A stretch of DNA of 64,000 nucleotides from Mobula birostris (Eukaryota): NCBI RefSeq assembly GCF_030028105.1, contig NC_092379.1, forward strand, positions 19,259,309 to 19,323,308. The letters run 5' to 3'. Numbering within the stretch: position 1 is the first letter of the stretch; each line of letters begins with the position of its first letter. This document shows, piece after piece, positions 63,241-64,000 of this stretch. The notes beneath the pieces are model-generated. The model worked only from the letters and a program-made list of their open reading frames with translations. It was not told where the DNA came from and searched no databases. A program made the position numbers and the translations under genes.

Positions 63241-63299
63241 ACAATTCCAATTGAACTTAGTGAAGGAATCAGATACCCTTCAGCTCTGGCAGACTTTTC

Positions 63300-64000
63300 A
63301 GGCCATTACTTCCTACAAGGTGAAACCTAACAACATGAATGGCAGTGATGCTTCATTCCCAGATGAGCTGAACACCATTTAAGCACACTTTGAAAGGGAG
63401 AATGAAACTACATGTGGGTGAATCCCTGCAGTGTCTGGTGACCCTGTCATCTCTGTCTCGGATGCCAACGTCAGAGCAGCTTTCAAGAGGGTGAATCCTC
63501 ACACTGAATCAGGCCCTGATGCTGTGCCTGGTACGGAATTGAAAACCTGTGCAACCAACTGGTGGGAGTGTTCAGGAACATCTTCAATATCTCACTGCTG
63601 CAGTCAGAGGTTCCCATCTGTTTCAAAAGAGTGAGAATCATACCAGCGCCCAAGAAGAGCAGGGTGAGCTGTCTCAATGACTATCGCTCAGTTGCACCCA
63701 CATCTACTGTGAGGAAATGCTTTGAGAGGTTGGTCACGGCCAGAATCAACTCCTGCTTAAGCAAGGACCTGGACCCCTGCAATTTACCTGTTGCCACAAT
63801 AGGTCTACAGCAGATGGAATCTGACTGGCTCTCCACTCGGCCTTGGATCACCTGGACAATAACAATACCTGCTGAACATCAGGATGTTGTTTACTGATTA
63901 CAGCTCAGTGTTCAACACAATCATAACCTCAGTTCAAATCAACAAACTCCAAAACCTGGGCCTCCAGACCTCTCTCCACAACTGGATCCTTGACATCCTC
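63300..64000 (+). mobile_element. Rex1/Babar-type LINE RT fragment
   Basis: FKRVNPH..SGPDAVPG, CLNDYRSVAPTSTVRKCFERLV, decayed [11 protein letters not shown]. Confidence 0.85.

Noticed and set aside
913-63897. Most short ORFs in the six-frame track
   Set aside because: Antisense or off-frame products of CR1, Rex1 and Gypsy sequence with no independent domain or splice support
59913-64000. Expected upstream IgW CH1/CH2, J or V segments
   Set aside because: No Ig motifs found on the minus strand; the region is unassigned DNA plus LINE and DNA-transposon pieces, so these exons are presumably beyond the window or lost

Overview
Eukaryotic, transposon-saturated DNA, most likely from a cartilaginous fish (inferred from the immunoglobulin exons and the CR1/Rex1/Penelope repertoire). 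The great majority is decayed or nested mobile elements: many CR1 LINE copies, Rex1/Babar-type and I/Nimb-type LINE pieces, a Penelope-like element with a minimal hammerhead ribozyme, four Gypsy-type LTR elements plus a solo LTR (including a 12.9-kb Gmr1-type element with three nested inserts), a hAT MITE and a Chapaev-like DNA transposon. The only host gene I can support is the 3' part of an immunoglobulin heavy-chain locus on the minus strand (57.1-59.9 kb), probably IgW. It has one intact C1-set exon, a second with a 1-nt frameshift, probable decayed remnants of two more C exons and a secretory tail, and an intact transmembrane exon. I found no convincing wholly new system. The best leads are the graded decay of the IgH locus, a 74-bp locally templated insertion in an LTR, and the ribozyme-bearing Penelope element. 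Boundaries of decayed repeats are approximate, and family names come from motif recognition, not database searches.
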